A stretch of 64,000 bases of DNA from the NCBI GenBank assembly GCA_026996855.1, contig JALWJZ010000004.1:4334-68333 (forward strand). The letters are read 5' to 3'. How positions within the stretch are numbered: position 1 is the first letter of the stretch; the number at the start of each line of letters is the position of its first letter. The notes under the pieces were generated by a model. That model saw nothing but the letters and a program-made list of their open reading frames with translations. It was not told the DNA's origin and made no database searches. The DNA is from Anaerolineales bacterium (lineage in GTDB: Bacteria > Chloroflexota > Anaerolineae > Anaerolineales > DRMV01). Made by a program: the position numbers and the translations under genes. Below are positions 10,283 to 19,195 of this stretch, piece after piece.

Positions 10283-11050
10283 TTACGGCCTGTTGGGGGC
10301 CGGCGTGGTCGTGGGTTTGGGTAGAGGGAGCACGTTCCATCCCTGGGTGCGGGCGAAGCAAAGCACGCCCTGGGCGATGCCCCGGGCCGGGATTTCGGGA
10401 TGATGCACCAGCAGGTCGTAATCCCCCCGCAAGAAACCCACTTCGATGATGACCGCCGGGGTCTCGGGGTGGATTTCCTCGAAGGCGTGGTACTCGGTCA
10501 TGTCCGGCGTGACCGTATCCTCGTGAAAGAACAACCCCGTTTCGGCCTGGTACCAATCGGCCAAGCATTGTTTCAGCCGTGTGGCCCGCAAGAGACGCCG
10601 GGCCTCCCCGCTCCGGGCCAGAGCCGAGGAAACGGCCAGTTTGAAGCCCGATAGGTCTGGTGAAAGGGTACAGGAATCCGCGTGAATGGAGACCAGGGCC
10701 AGGGCGCGATACCCGTTGAGGCGGGGGTCGAATTCCTCCAGCACGTCCACGGTGAAGCCTTTGCCCTCCAGCAGGGTTTTTACGTGGCGGGCAACGGCCT
10801 GGTTCACCTGCACTTCGGTCACGCCGTCGGGGCACACGGCGCCGGGGTCGTTTCCACCGGCGTGTCCGGCCACGATGCCCACCCTTCGCGGCGGCAGGGT
10901 AGGCGTGGGCGGCATCAACGGCGTTGCTTCCCCGGCTTGTTGTTCGTAGAGGGTTTCTTGGGGCATTTCCCGAGGATGCACGAGGATGAAGAGCAGGCCA
11001 ATGCCCATTCCGGCCAAAAGGTTTTTCAACAACCAGCGCCCGAGGTGCAT
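10283..11050 (-). CDS. N-acetylmuramoyl-L-alanine amidase (Amidase_3 family) with N-terminal membrane anchor
   Basis: ORF 10283..11116; ATG at 11050. Anchor WLLKNLLAGMGIGLLFILV. Catalytic-domain strings VGIVAGHAGGNDPGAV and ALALVSIHADSC. Confidence 0.85.
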   Translation of the reverse strand: MHLGRWLLKNLLAGMGIGLLFILVHPREMPQETLYEQQAGEATPLMPPTPTLPPRRVGIVAGHAGGNDPGAVCPDGVTEVQVNQAVARHVKTLLEGKGFTVDVLEEFDPRLNGYRALALVSIHADSCTLSPDLSGFKLAVSSALARSGEARRLLRATRLKQCLADWYQAETGLFFHEDTVTPDMTEYHAFEEIHPETPAVIIEVGFLRGDYDLLVHHPEIPARGIAQGVLCFARTQGWNVLPLPKPTTTPAPNRP

Positions 11051-11146
11051 GGGGTGCGTCTCCAGGAGGGGAAATGGAGGAAAAAGGTCGGCGGCCCCCT
11101 TTTCAGAGCCTGTCATGGGGACCAGAAGGAAACGCGCGTCCCGGGT

Positions 11147-11512
11147 TCAGTCCATGGCATCGAAAGGAAGGTAAGGCGAGCCGCCGAAAAGCCGGTAGAG
11201 CACAGCGTACACCAGGCTCAGGAAACCGAACAACAAAAGGGCGATGACCAGGGTCATGACCAGATGCAGCAGGGTATAGGGCGGCACCCTGCCAATAAGG
11301 GGCAACGGTTCCCGAAGGAGAAGTTCCGGTGGAATGGCGAACCAGCGGTGTTCCGCGTTGAGGTTGAGAATCCACAGGGTGAGCAGATACGAAAGTATGG
11401 GAATCAAGAGGGCCAGCAGACAGCCCAGCCCGTACCAGATGGGATGTTCCCGGAGCCGTTCCGTTAGCGAGGGGACCTCCGGGTCGGGTTCACCGATGCG
11501 ATACATGCCCAT
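11147..11512 (-). CDS. hypothetical membrane protein (3 TM)
   Basis: ORF 11147..11512. Its start overlaps the 3' end of the upstream FAD/FeS gene by 23 nt. Hydrophobic helices GLGCLLALLIPILSYLLTLWIL and LLHLVMTLVIALLLFGFLSLVYAVL. No family recognised. Confidence 0.5.
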   Translation of the reverse strand: MGMYRIGEPDPEVPSLTERLREHPIWYGLGCLLALLIPILSYLLTLWILNLNAEHRWFAIPPELLLREPLPLIGRVPPYTLLHLVMTLVIALLLFGFLSLVYAVLYRLFGGSPYLPFDAMD

Positions 11513-12926
11513 GAGGGTGTTCTCCCGTCAACGCGGTGGTGACGGCCTCCACAATGCTGTAATAACCCGTGCAGCGACAAAGATTTCCGGTGAGGGCATA
11601 TCCCACGGTATCGGGGTCGGGATGGGGGATTTCGTCCAGCAGCCGGGCTGCAGCCACGATGAAACCCGGCGTGCAATAGCCGCACTGCACCGCGGCGGTG
11701 CGCACGAAAGCCTCTTGTACAGGGTGCAATTGCTCGTCTTGTTTCAGGCCTTCCACGGTCACGATGTTCGCGCCGTGGGCCGCGGGCGCGGGAATCAGGC
11801 AACTGTTCACGGCTACACCGTTGAAAAGCACGGTGCACGCGCCGCATTCCCCTTCCGCGCATCCCTCTTTTGGGCCGATGAGGCCGGCTTCGTCCCGAAG
11901 GAGATGGAGGAGCGTCTTGTGGTGGCCGCTGCGGAAGACGTAGCGTCGGCCGTTCACCCGGGCCACGATGGGTTGAGGCGGATGGCTCACCGTGGCCACC
12001 AGGGGTTGGGCATAGGGTTCGGCCTCGCCCCAAAGCAAAGGCGGCTGTTCCGGCACCGCCTGGGTCTCCCGACCTTCCAGGATTTCCTGCAAGGCCCGGC
12101 GGGTGAGGGTTTCCACCATGGCTTCCCGGTAGGTTGCGGTGCCGCGGATGTCGTCGATGGGACGGGCGGCTTCTCGGGCCAGGCGGGCCGCTTCCGCGAT
12201 GGTTTCTTCGGTGAAGGCCCGGCCCTGCAAGTAGGCTTCCGCGGCCTCGGCGTGGACGATGGTGGGTGCCACCGCGCCCAGGGTGATGGCCGCGCGCTGC
12301 ACCATGCCTCCCTCCAGGGCGACCACCACGGCCACGTTGACCACCGAGATGGCCTGCCCGCGGCGCAGGCCCAGTTTCAAGAAGTTGCCCCGTTGGTTCT
12401 CCGTCATGGCGGGGAAGGCAATGTCCACCAGCATCTCGTCGGGTTCCATGACGGTGCGACGCACTCCGGTGTAGAAATCCCGCAGAGCCACGGTCCGGCT
12501 CCCCCGCACCGAGCGCAGGGTGACCTGCGCATCCAGGGCCATGAGGGGCGGAATGGTGTCGTTGGCCGGGGAAGCGGTAATCAGGTTCCCGGCCACGGTA
12601 CCCCGATTGCGAATTTGGGGCGAACCCACTTCCCACGCGGCCCGCACCAGGGGGAAGGCGCGTTCCCGAAGCAGGCGGGAGGCCACCACATGGTTGTGGG
12701 TGACCAGCGGCCCCAGGTGGATGCGCCCCTCTTCGTCCAGGGTGATGTCCTTCAGCCCGGGGATGCGGGTGATGTCGATGAGTACCTGGTCCCGAGCGCG
12801 GCGGCCCTGGGTCAGTTCCACCACCACGTCGGTGCCGCCGGCAATGAACGCGGCCTGAGCGCCGAAGCGGGCCTTGAGTTCCAGGGCTTCGTCCAGGCTG
12901 GCTGGGGTGTAATAGGCGGACCACAT
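11490..12926 (-). CDS. fused FAD-binding (CoxM/XdhB-like) and [2Fe-2S] (CoxS/XdhC-like) subunit of a xanthine dehydrogenase/CO dehydrogenase family molybdoenzyme
   Basis: ATG at 12926 with AAGGAG upstream. The N-terminal part has FIAGGTDVVVEL and VGSPQIRNRGTVAGNL (FAD_binding_5 type). The C-terminal 160 aa has GCAEGECGACTV and CGYCTPGF..GNLCRCTGY (two 2Fe-2S motifs). Confidence 0.85.
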   Translation of the reverse strand: MWSAYYTPASLDEALELKARFGAQAAFIAGGTDVVVELTQGRRARDQVLIDITRIPGLKDITLDEEGRIHLGPLVTHNHVVASRLLRERAFPLVRAAWEVGSPQIRNRGTVAGNLITASPANDTIPPLMALDAQVTLRSVRGSRTVALRDFYTGVRRTVMEPDEMLVDIAFPAMTENQRGNFLKLGLRRGQAISVVNVAVVVALEGGMVQRAAITLGAVAPTIVHAEAAEAYLQGRAFTEETIAEAARLAREAARPIDDIRGTATYREAMVETLTRRALQEILEGRETQAVPEQPPLLWGEAEPYAQPLVATVSHPPQPIVARVNGRRYVFRSGHHKTLLHLLRDEAGLIGPKEGCAEGECGACTVLFNGVAVNSCLIPAPAAHGANIVTVEGLKQDEQLHPVQEAFVRTAAVQCGYCTPGFIVAAARLLDEIPHPDPDTVGYALTGNLCRCTGYYSIVEAVTTALTGEHPHGHVSHR

Positions 12927-13015
12927 GACGATGCTCCTTTTGGAAAGCGAATCTCAACGAGGCTTCAGCGAGCAGGGGTCGAGTGAGCGCGGTTTCCTGG
13001 TTCGTTCCCTGTAGG

Positions 13016-13699
13016 TCAGGCTGATGGAGCGGCCGATTTTTTCTCACGGCGGTGTTTCCAGGTTTCGTACAGAATGGGCAACACCGAAACCACAATGATG
13101 CCCACCACCGCGTAGTGGAAGTTTTCTTTGATGACCGGAATGTTACCGAAGAAATAGCCCAGGAAGAGGAAGATGCCTACCCAGAGAAAAGCACCTACTA
13201 CGTTGTACAGGGCAAATTTGCGATAGCTCATGGCGCCGATGCCGGCCACGAAGGGCACGAAGGTCCGCACGATGGGCACGAAGCGCCCCAGGATGACGGC
13301 TTTGCCTCCGTGTTTCTCGTAAAAAGCGTGGGTTTTGTCCAGGTATTCTTTTTTGAAGAAACGGCTATCGGCATGGAAGGCCCGAAGGCCCACACGATGG
13401 CCGATGTGATAATTCACGGCATCCCCCAGGATGGCCGCGGTCACCAAAAGGACGAAGGCCAGGCGCACGTCCATCAAACCCAATGCGGCAAAAGTGCCCA
13501 CGGCAAAGAGGAGCGAGTCGCCGGGGAGGAAGGGGGTGATGACCAGGCCCGTTTCCATGAATACGATGGCGAACAGAAGCAGATAAATCCACGGCCCCAG
13601 GAAATCGATGGCCGTGCCCAGATGCCTGTCCAGATGCAAGAACAAGTCCACGATCCAAAAGAAAATTTCGGTGAAGGTATTCAAGGCAAAGGGTTCCAT
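13016..13699 (-). CDS. DedA family membrane protein (VTT domain)
   Basis: ORF 13016..13699. Characteristic strings FMETGLVITPFLPGDSLLF and GGKAVILGRFVPIVRTFVPFVAG. Confidence 0.9.
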   Translation of the reverse strand: MEPFALNTFTEIFFWIVDLFLHLDRHLGTAIDFLGPWIYLLLFAIVFMETGLVITPFLPGDSLLFAVGTFAALGLMDVRLAFVLLVTAAILGDAVNYHIGHRVGLRAFHADSRFFKKEYLDKTHAFYEKHGGKAVILGRFVPIVRTFVPFVAGIGAMSYRKFALYNVVGAFLWVGIFLFLGYFFGNIPVIKENFHYAVVGIIVVSVLPILYETWKHRREKKSAAPSA

Positions 13700-13789
13700 G
13701 GCAAGATGCTCCCGTTGTAGTTTCGAATCTCATTATACCTGGAGATGGGCGTGTGCAAGGGCGAGGTCTTGGGGTGGGCACGACTTTTT

Positions 13790-13826
13790 CGAGGGTGCTG
13801 GAGGAGGTGCTTCGCACCTCCTCAAA
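13790..13826. repeat. hairpin repeat, copy 2
   Basis: gagggtgctgGAGGAGGTGCttcGCACCTCCTCaaaa: a perfect 10-bp stem with a 3-nt loop. It lies 15 nt downstream of the ATP-grasp gene stop on the minus strand, and its flanks match the copy at 9905-9940 in inverted orientation. Confidence 0.7.
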
Positions 13827-13840
13827 AGGAAGAATGCAAC

Positions 13841-15481
13841 TTAGAGAGGCTGGTCTTTGGTCCAGAGGGGCTGGAAGTGGGTGGGCGCGGTAGCCTCCTC
13901 CTGGGTGCGGGGCTGTTGTTCGCACTTGGTCTGGCCCTTGGCGGCCCGGGCCAGGGCCTGCAGCGCGCGGCGGTAGTACTGCTCCGCTTTTTCGCGGCTG
14001 CCGCCGATGCACACGGCGCCCAGTTTGCCGAATTCCGACAGTGCGCCGATGAGGTGGAAGACGATGCCCTCCTGGGTGGAGGCGTCGAAGTGCAGGCCTT
14101 CGCACAGGGAAATGTCCATCAAATCGTCGGGGGTGAGGCCGATGTAGGCATCGCTGTATAAGTTGTCGGTGGCGTAATAGTAACGCACCTGATTGGTGCC
14201 GGTGTAGTACAGGCCATCGTTGATGTTGTATCCGCCGCCTGTGAGGAAGCGCAGGGTGGCGTAGGGATGGGTGGTGCCCCCCTTGCGCAGGTTGATTTCC
14301 AGCGCGTACAGGTCCCACTTGCCCTGGTCGTTGCGCACCGCGACGAAGTCCACGGCAAACCGGCCGATGGCCCCTTCGCGGCTGAGGACCCAACCTACCC
14401 GCCGGCCGATGTCGTGCAATTGGTCGCGATAGGGTTTGTAGGCGGGAAACATCGCGCCCAGATAGACCTGTTTGGTGGGCCCGCCCAGGATTTGTTCGTG
14501 GGTGGAAACGATGGTGCCCTGGCCCAGGGGGTCGATGATGCCCTGAACCGAGGGGGAGCGTTTGTCCTGGCCTTCGATGAAAACCTCGACGATGCCCTGC
14601 ATTTCCGCGAATTTGCGCATGAAACGTTCGTAAGTTTCCACCGGGTTTTCGAAGCGCAATCGGCGGGGGAGTTCCCGTTGCACCCAGGTTTTCAGGCCGC
14701 TTTCGGGCGCTCCGCTCAGGTCGAAGAGCGCGTTGCCTTCCCCGGAGAAGCCTTCGTTGAGTTTCACCACCACCCGGCGCAAATCGGGATGCCGTTCTTT
14801 CAGCGCCACGATGGCTTCCACCAGGTCCTTTTCGTCCCGCAAGTCTTCGAAACCATCGGGATGGAGCACGCCGGCCTGTTTGAAGATTTTCCGATTCCAA
14901 CTCTTGTTCCCCAGGTGGATGAGGTCGGGGTCGCAGGCATAGAGGGGGATGCCCAGGGCCACGGCCAGTCGGCGTTCGTAAGGGGTGGCGTTGAACACTT
15001 CCAGATACGCGGCTTCGGGATGTTGGATGGCATCCCGAATGCGCTGGATGAGCCGGGGACGGTCCAGGATTTTCTCCGTAAGGGAACGGGGGGAAGCGTC
15101 CTGGCAGTGGAGCAGGGTCAGGCGTTTTTTGGCGTGGGAAACGGGCACACCGGGAAGCAGGCCCAGGAAGTAGTCCACGATGGCGGGATGAATTTGCTGG
15201 CTGGTGACGTAAATGACCTGGGTGCGGGGGAGTTGCAGAAGCATGAGGTGGTAAAGCATCCGCTCTTCGTAGAAGTGGATGCCCTTGATTTTGGCCAGCA
15301 CTTCCTGATCCAGCGTCAGGCTGGGCACTACGACCACGGTGCGGGGCGCGTGGCGGTAAGGGAGCACGGTGCGGTACAGATACGGAAGACGGGCTTTCAA
15401 CACTCGGAAGCGCCGCCGCACCTCATCTTCCGGCAGTTGGAGCAGGTCGTAGACGGATTCGGTGGACACACGTGCACTCAT
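13841..15481 (-). CDS. ATP-grasp family protein, PGM1-like peptide/carboxylate-amine ligase type
   Basis: ORF 13841..15481. The central region resembles an ATP-grasp fold (VVVKLNEGFSGEGNALF, FIEGQDKRSPSVQG, ALEINLRKGGTTHP). The family assignment comes from memory of PGM1-related annotations and has not been verified. Confidence 0.6.
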   Translation of the reverse strand: MSARVSTESVYDLLQLPEDEVRRRFRVLKARLPYLYRTVLPYRHAPRTVVVVPSLTLDQEVLAKIKGIHFYEERMLYHLMLLQLPRTQVIYVTSQQIHPAIVDYFLGLLPGVPVSHAKKRLTLLHCQDASPRSLTEKILDRPRLIQRIRDAIQHPEAAYLEVFNATPYERRLAVALGIPLYACDPDLIHLGNKSWNRKIFKQAGVLHPDGFEDLRDEKDLVEAIVALKERHPDLRRVVVKLNEGFSGEGNALFDLSGAPESGLKTWVQRELPRRLRFENPVETYERFMRKFAEMQGIVEVFIEGQDKRSPSVQGIIDPLGQGTIVSTHEQILGGPTKQVYLGAMFPAYKPYRDQLHDIGRRVGWVLSREGAIGRFAVDFVAVRNDQGKWDLYALEINLRKGGTTHPYATLRFLTGGGYNINDGLYYTGTNQVRYYYATDNLYSDAYIGLTPDDLMDISLCEGLHFDASTQEGIVFHLIGALSEFGKLGAVCIGGSREKAEQYYRRALQALARAAKGQTKCEQQPRTQEEATAPTHFQPLWTKDQPL

Positions 15482-15660
15482 GGGGCCTTCCCGTGGTCCT
15501 TCAAGTATACCGCAATTTTGCCAGGTTCACCGAAGCGATGTTTCGAGAAATCGTGAAAGGCGCCTGACGCCTTCTTTGCCCGATGCACGCGCGCATCCCT
15601 TGGGCCTTGGGTATACTCAAAAACTGACGTTTTGCGTGTACGTACGAGGAGGAGGATGCG

Positions 15661-17076
15661 GTGGAACTGCCCGATGCACATTGGACCTTTCGCCGCGGCG
15701 CGGTACGCTGGCGTTGGGTGGGCGCGCTGCTTTTCTTGAACTTGCTGGCATGGTGGATACTACACCAGGTATGGCGGGGGGATATCACGTATGACGACAT
15801 CTTTCCGCCCACGCCGACGCCCACCCGCAGTCCGGTTTCGTGGGCCATGGAGGCCCAGGCCCATTTTGAGGCGGGCAACCTGGAAGCCGCCATTCAGGCC
15901 TACCGGGAGGCGGTGAAGGTCGCGCCCAACGACGCAACGTTGTGGACGGAACTGGCGCGAGTGCAGGTGTATTCATCCGCCTTGCTCACCACGGACGCCG
16001 AGCGCCATGCCCGTCTGCAAGAAGCCGTAGAGGCCGCAACCCATGCGGTGGAATTGGCCGACGACTCGGCCATGGCCTATGCGGTGCGAGCCTTCGCCCT
16101 GGATTGGCTGGCCACCACCCCTTTGACCACCCGGGAAGAGCGAGCCGAATATTTACGGGAAGCGGAAACCTCGGCCTCCCGAGCGCTGCTGTTGGCCCCG
16201 GACCACGGCCTGGCCTTGGCCTATTACGCCGAGGTCCTGCTGGATTTGCAGCGCTGGCTCCAGGCCGAGGAGCACGCGGCCCGGGCCGTGCAGCGGGCGC
16301 CCAACGAAATGGATACCCATCGGGTGTACGCCTACGTGCTGGAATCCCTGGGTCGCTACCAGGAAGCCATCGAACAGTATCTGGAAGCCATTCGCATCGC
16401 CCCCAACCTGACCTTTTTGTATTTGCATGTAGGCTACAACTACCGCCATTTGGGCGGTACGGCTCAATCCAAACTGGCTCGCGACCGGTTCTACGAACTG
16501 GCCCTGGCTTACTTCGACCAGGCGGTGCAAATCAACGAGCGCTTGGGCATTCGGGACCCGGTACCCTATCTGGCCATTGCCAAAACCTACACCCAGCAGG
16601 GCGAATTCTTCGTGGCCGCCCGCAACGGCGAAAAGGCCCTGCTCCTGGACCCCACCGATGTGCAAACCTATGCTCAACTGGCCGTGATTTACGTCAAAGC
16701 CCGAAACTACGAGGGGTCCCTTCCCCTGTTCAAATGCGTGGTGGAAGGGTGCTCGCCCGCGGAAACCGAGGATATCCTGGACACCATCGCCTTCAAGTTC
16801 GGCCTGGACCCCGAGGAGGTCCAGGGAGTGGAGGTGAAACCTTTGCCCTTGACGAACCTCACCGTGGCCTATTATTATGTCCAGTATGGTTCGGTGTTGG
16901 CCGCTTTGGGGCATTGTGACCAGTCGGAACCTGTGTTGCGCTTGGTGGAAACTCGCTACGGCGGCGACCCGGTTCTGCGGGCCATCATTCAGGAAAGCCG
17001 GAACATCTGTCGCATTTTGCAGGCCAGGCCGACCCCGCGGTCGACGCCCACGCCTTATGCGACCCCCGCACCGTAA
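15661..17076 (+). CDS. TPR repeat protein with N-terminal membrane anchor and PT-rich linker
   Basis: GTG at 15661 follows GGAGGAGGA. Anchor WRWVGALLFLNLLAWWIL and linker PPTPTPTRSP. Repeated A-x-x-Y-x-x-A-hydrophobic TPR pattern (AIQAYREAVKVAPND, AIEQYLEAIRIAPN). Confidence 0.8.
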   Translation: MELPDAHWTFRRGAVRWRWVGALLFLNLLAWWILHQVWRGDITYDDIFPPTPTPTRSPVSWAMEAQAHFEAGNLEAAIQAYREAVKVAPNDATLWTELARVQVYSSALLTTDAERHARLQEAVEAATHAVELADDSAMAYAVRAFALDWLATTPLTTREERAEYLREAETSASRALLLAPDHGLALAYYAEVLLDLQRWLQAEEHAARAVQRAPNEMDTHRVYAYVLESLGRYQEAIEQYLEAIRIAPNLTFLYLHVGYNYRHLGGTAQSKLARDRFYELALAYFDQAVQINERLGIRDPVPYLAIAKTYTQQGEFFVAARNGEKALLLDPTDVQTYAQLAVIYVKARNYEGSLPLFKCVVEGCSPAETEDILDTIAFKFGLDPEEVQGVEVKPLPLTNLTVAYYYVQYGSVLAALGHCDQSEPVLRLVETRYGGDPVLRAIIQESRNICRILQARPTPRSTPTPYATPAP

Positions 17077-17203
17077 GCGGGTAGACCTGGAAAGTTGCTT
17101 TTTCCGGGATGGGCCGCTTGGGTGCTGTGGCTTTCCGTTGGGTGGCTTTCGTGGCTTTTGGGCTTTTCAGACCCATGCCTGCATCCCCCCATAGGAGGTT
17201 CCC

Positions 17204-17869
17204 ATGTTCGCCAAATGGAATCGCGAGGATAAGTTCATTGCCCTCACCCTGGTGGGGTCCCTGAGCGGTGTGACCATCGGCGCGTTGTTGCGCAATCCCG
17301 CGGTGTTCGGGATTTCCACCTTCGTGCTCATGACCGCGTTCGTGGCGGTGACCTTCTGGTGGCGCAGCCCTCGGTTGATGTGGCTCATGCTTTTTGGCGC
17401 GGTGGTGGGTTTTGGGGAACTCTGGTCCGATTGGTTGCACGTGGAAGTGTTGAGGTCCCTGGTGTATACGGATTACTTCGGTTTCCGCATCATGGCATCG
17501 CCTTCGTACATGCCCTTCGGGTGGTGGTTTACCGCGGTGCAGTTTGGTTACATTGCCCTGCGCCTGGCCGAGGTATGGGGGCCGCGTCGGGCCCTGGCCC
17601 TGGTGACCCTGTTGGGCATGAGCATTCCCCCCTGGTACGAGGAATTTGCCGCGCCGGCCCGGGCCTGGTATTACCCGCCCCATGGCCCCATGCTCTCCCA
17701 CACGCCGGTGTGGATTATCCTGACCTATGGCGGGTGCATGTTCAGCATTGGCACCATGGCCTGGGTGTGGTATCGAGAAGGCGCTTGGGGCCGGGCTATC
17801 GTGGCCGGGATTTTCGCCGCGGCGGGGATTGCATACTCGGCACTGGTCTTTTACCAAATCTTTCTGTGA
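17204..17869 (+). CDS. hypothetical polytopic membrane protein
   Basis: ATG at 17204 follows AGGAGG. About 6 hydrophobic helices, rich in Trp/Tyr. No family recognised with confidence. Confidence 0.6.
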   Translation: MFAKWNREDKFIALTLVGSLSGVTIGALLRNPAVFGISTFVLMTAFVAVTFWWRSPRLMWLMLFGAVVGFGELWSDWLHVEVLRSLVYTDYFGFRIMASPSYMPFGWWFTAVQFGYIALRLAEVWGPRRALALVTLLGMSIPPWYEEFAAPARAWYYPPHGPMLSHTPVWIILTYGGCMFSIGTMAWVWYREGAWGRAIVAGIFAAAGIAYSALVFYQIFL

Positions 17870-17914
17870 GCCAAAGGTGCTCCTGGGCGGTGTGTCGCCG
17901 TTGAGGCTTCTTGA

Positions 17915-18619
17915 ATGAAACGACCCTGGCCCAAAAGGCTCTGGTTTTGGGGAGGCGCCCTGGTCTTTGCCTTGATGGCGTATCGGGGCGGCACCTGGTC
18001 CCTCACCGGCCTTCGGGGATGGCGGCTTCGGGCTTTTCTGGCAGACCCCGACGGCCATCCGCATTGGATACGGCCGGCCCATGCCCAATGCCCGGGCGCA
18101 CCCTTTCGCTGGCCTTCGACGGGGTACCCCGGCTTTTTGCGGGGGGATTCCTGGGGCCTTTTCCACTGGCACACCGGGGTAGACATTTTCTCCGGCCAGG
18201 CGGTGGGGAAAACCCCGGTGTATGCCGCCTACGAAGGCCGTTTATACCGTCTGGCCCATTGGCGGGCCACGGTCGCCATCCGCCATCGCGACCCCCTGCA
18301 TCCGGAGCGTTTCATCTGGACCTACTATACCCACATGGCCGACCCTCAAGGGCGTTCCCGCATCGTGGAGGCCTTTCCGCCGGGTACACGGGGGGTATAC
18401 GTGGCTGCCGGAACGCTTTTGGGGTATCAGGGCAACTATTCAGGCCGTCCGGGGCGTCCGGTGGGGGTGCATCTCCATTTTTCCATCGTGAAAGACGCGG
18501 GTGGCCTGCCGGCCAACGAGTCTTTCCCCTGGAACACCCTGGATCCTTCCCCCTATTTGGGTATGCCGCTGACGGCCTGGCAGGTGGCCCCCTGGCGCAC
18601 GCCCGAATGTTGGGAATGA
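17915..18619 (+). CDS. M23 family metallopeptidase
   Basis: N-terminal signal/anchor WFWGGALVFALMAY. M23 motifs HTGVDIF (HxxxD) and GVHLHFS (HxH). Confidence 0.85.
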   Translation: MKRPWPKRLWFWGGALVFALMAYRGGTWSLTGLRGWRLRAFLADPDGHPHWIRPAHAQCPGAPFRWPSTGYPGFLRGDSWGLFHWHTGVDIFSGQAVGKTPVYAAYEGRLYRLAHWRATVAIRHRDPLHPERFIWTYYTHMADPQGRSRIVEAFPPGTRGVYVAAGTLLGYQGNYSGRPGRPVGVHLHFSIVKDAGGLPANESFPWNTLDPSPYLGMPLTAWQVAPWRTPECWE

Positions 18620-18677
18620 AAAAAGGGAAGGGTATACACCTACCCTTCCCTTCTTACCAGGAGGCTCGCCATACGCC

Positions 18678-19120
18678 CCTACCGGGCCGGTCTGTAAGCC
18701 GCATTCTGTACGCCTCCGAGAGGGGGCACCCTCGAAGGCGCGGTGGTCATCTATCTAAGCGGCCTACCCGGGGCTCCAGGGGTGCGGGCCACACCCCGGC
18801 GGGAGCGTGCCCGCCTTCGCCCCTGCTTGGCCTTGCTCCCGGCGGCGGTTGCCTGGACGCCCGCCGGTTACCCGGCGAGCCGGTGGGCTCTTACCCCACC
18901 TTTTCACCCTTGCCCGCACCCGCCCGCTCTGCTTTGCTCGCCGTGATGCCGTGGGCCCTTACGACCCACAAGCGGGCGGGCCGCTGGCGGTCTGTTTCTG
19001 TGGCCCTTGCGCGGGGTTGCCCCCGCCCGGGTTTCCCCGGCGCCGTGCCCTGTGGAGTGCGGACTTTCCTCCCCTCCGGCAGCACCGAAGGGGCGACCAC
19101 CCGACCGACCCGGCCGGTTC
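18678..19120 (-). ncRNA. rnpB: RNase P RNA, bacterial type A
   Basis: The minus strand contains the universally conserved blocks GGAGGAAAGTCCG, ACAGAAACAGACCGCC, AGGGTGAAAAGGTGGGGTAAGAGCCCACC, GGAGCAAGGCCAAGCAGGGG, CCCGGGTAGGCCGCTTAGA and ACAGAATGCGGCTTACAG, in the same order as E. coli rnpB. The ends are approximate, set from P1 pairing of accggccgggtc with gaccggcccggt. Confidence 0.92.
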
Positions 19121-19195
19121 TCCCTTGTCCCGTCCTTAAGTATAGCCATCCCAGGGCGTTTGACAATCAAGGATTTTCTTCATCTTGCAAGGGCT

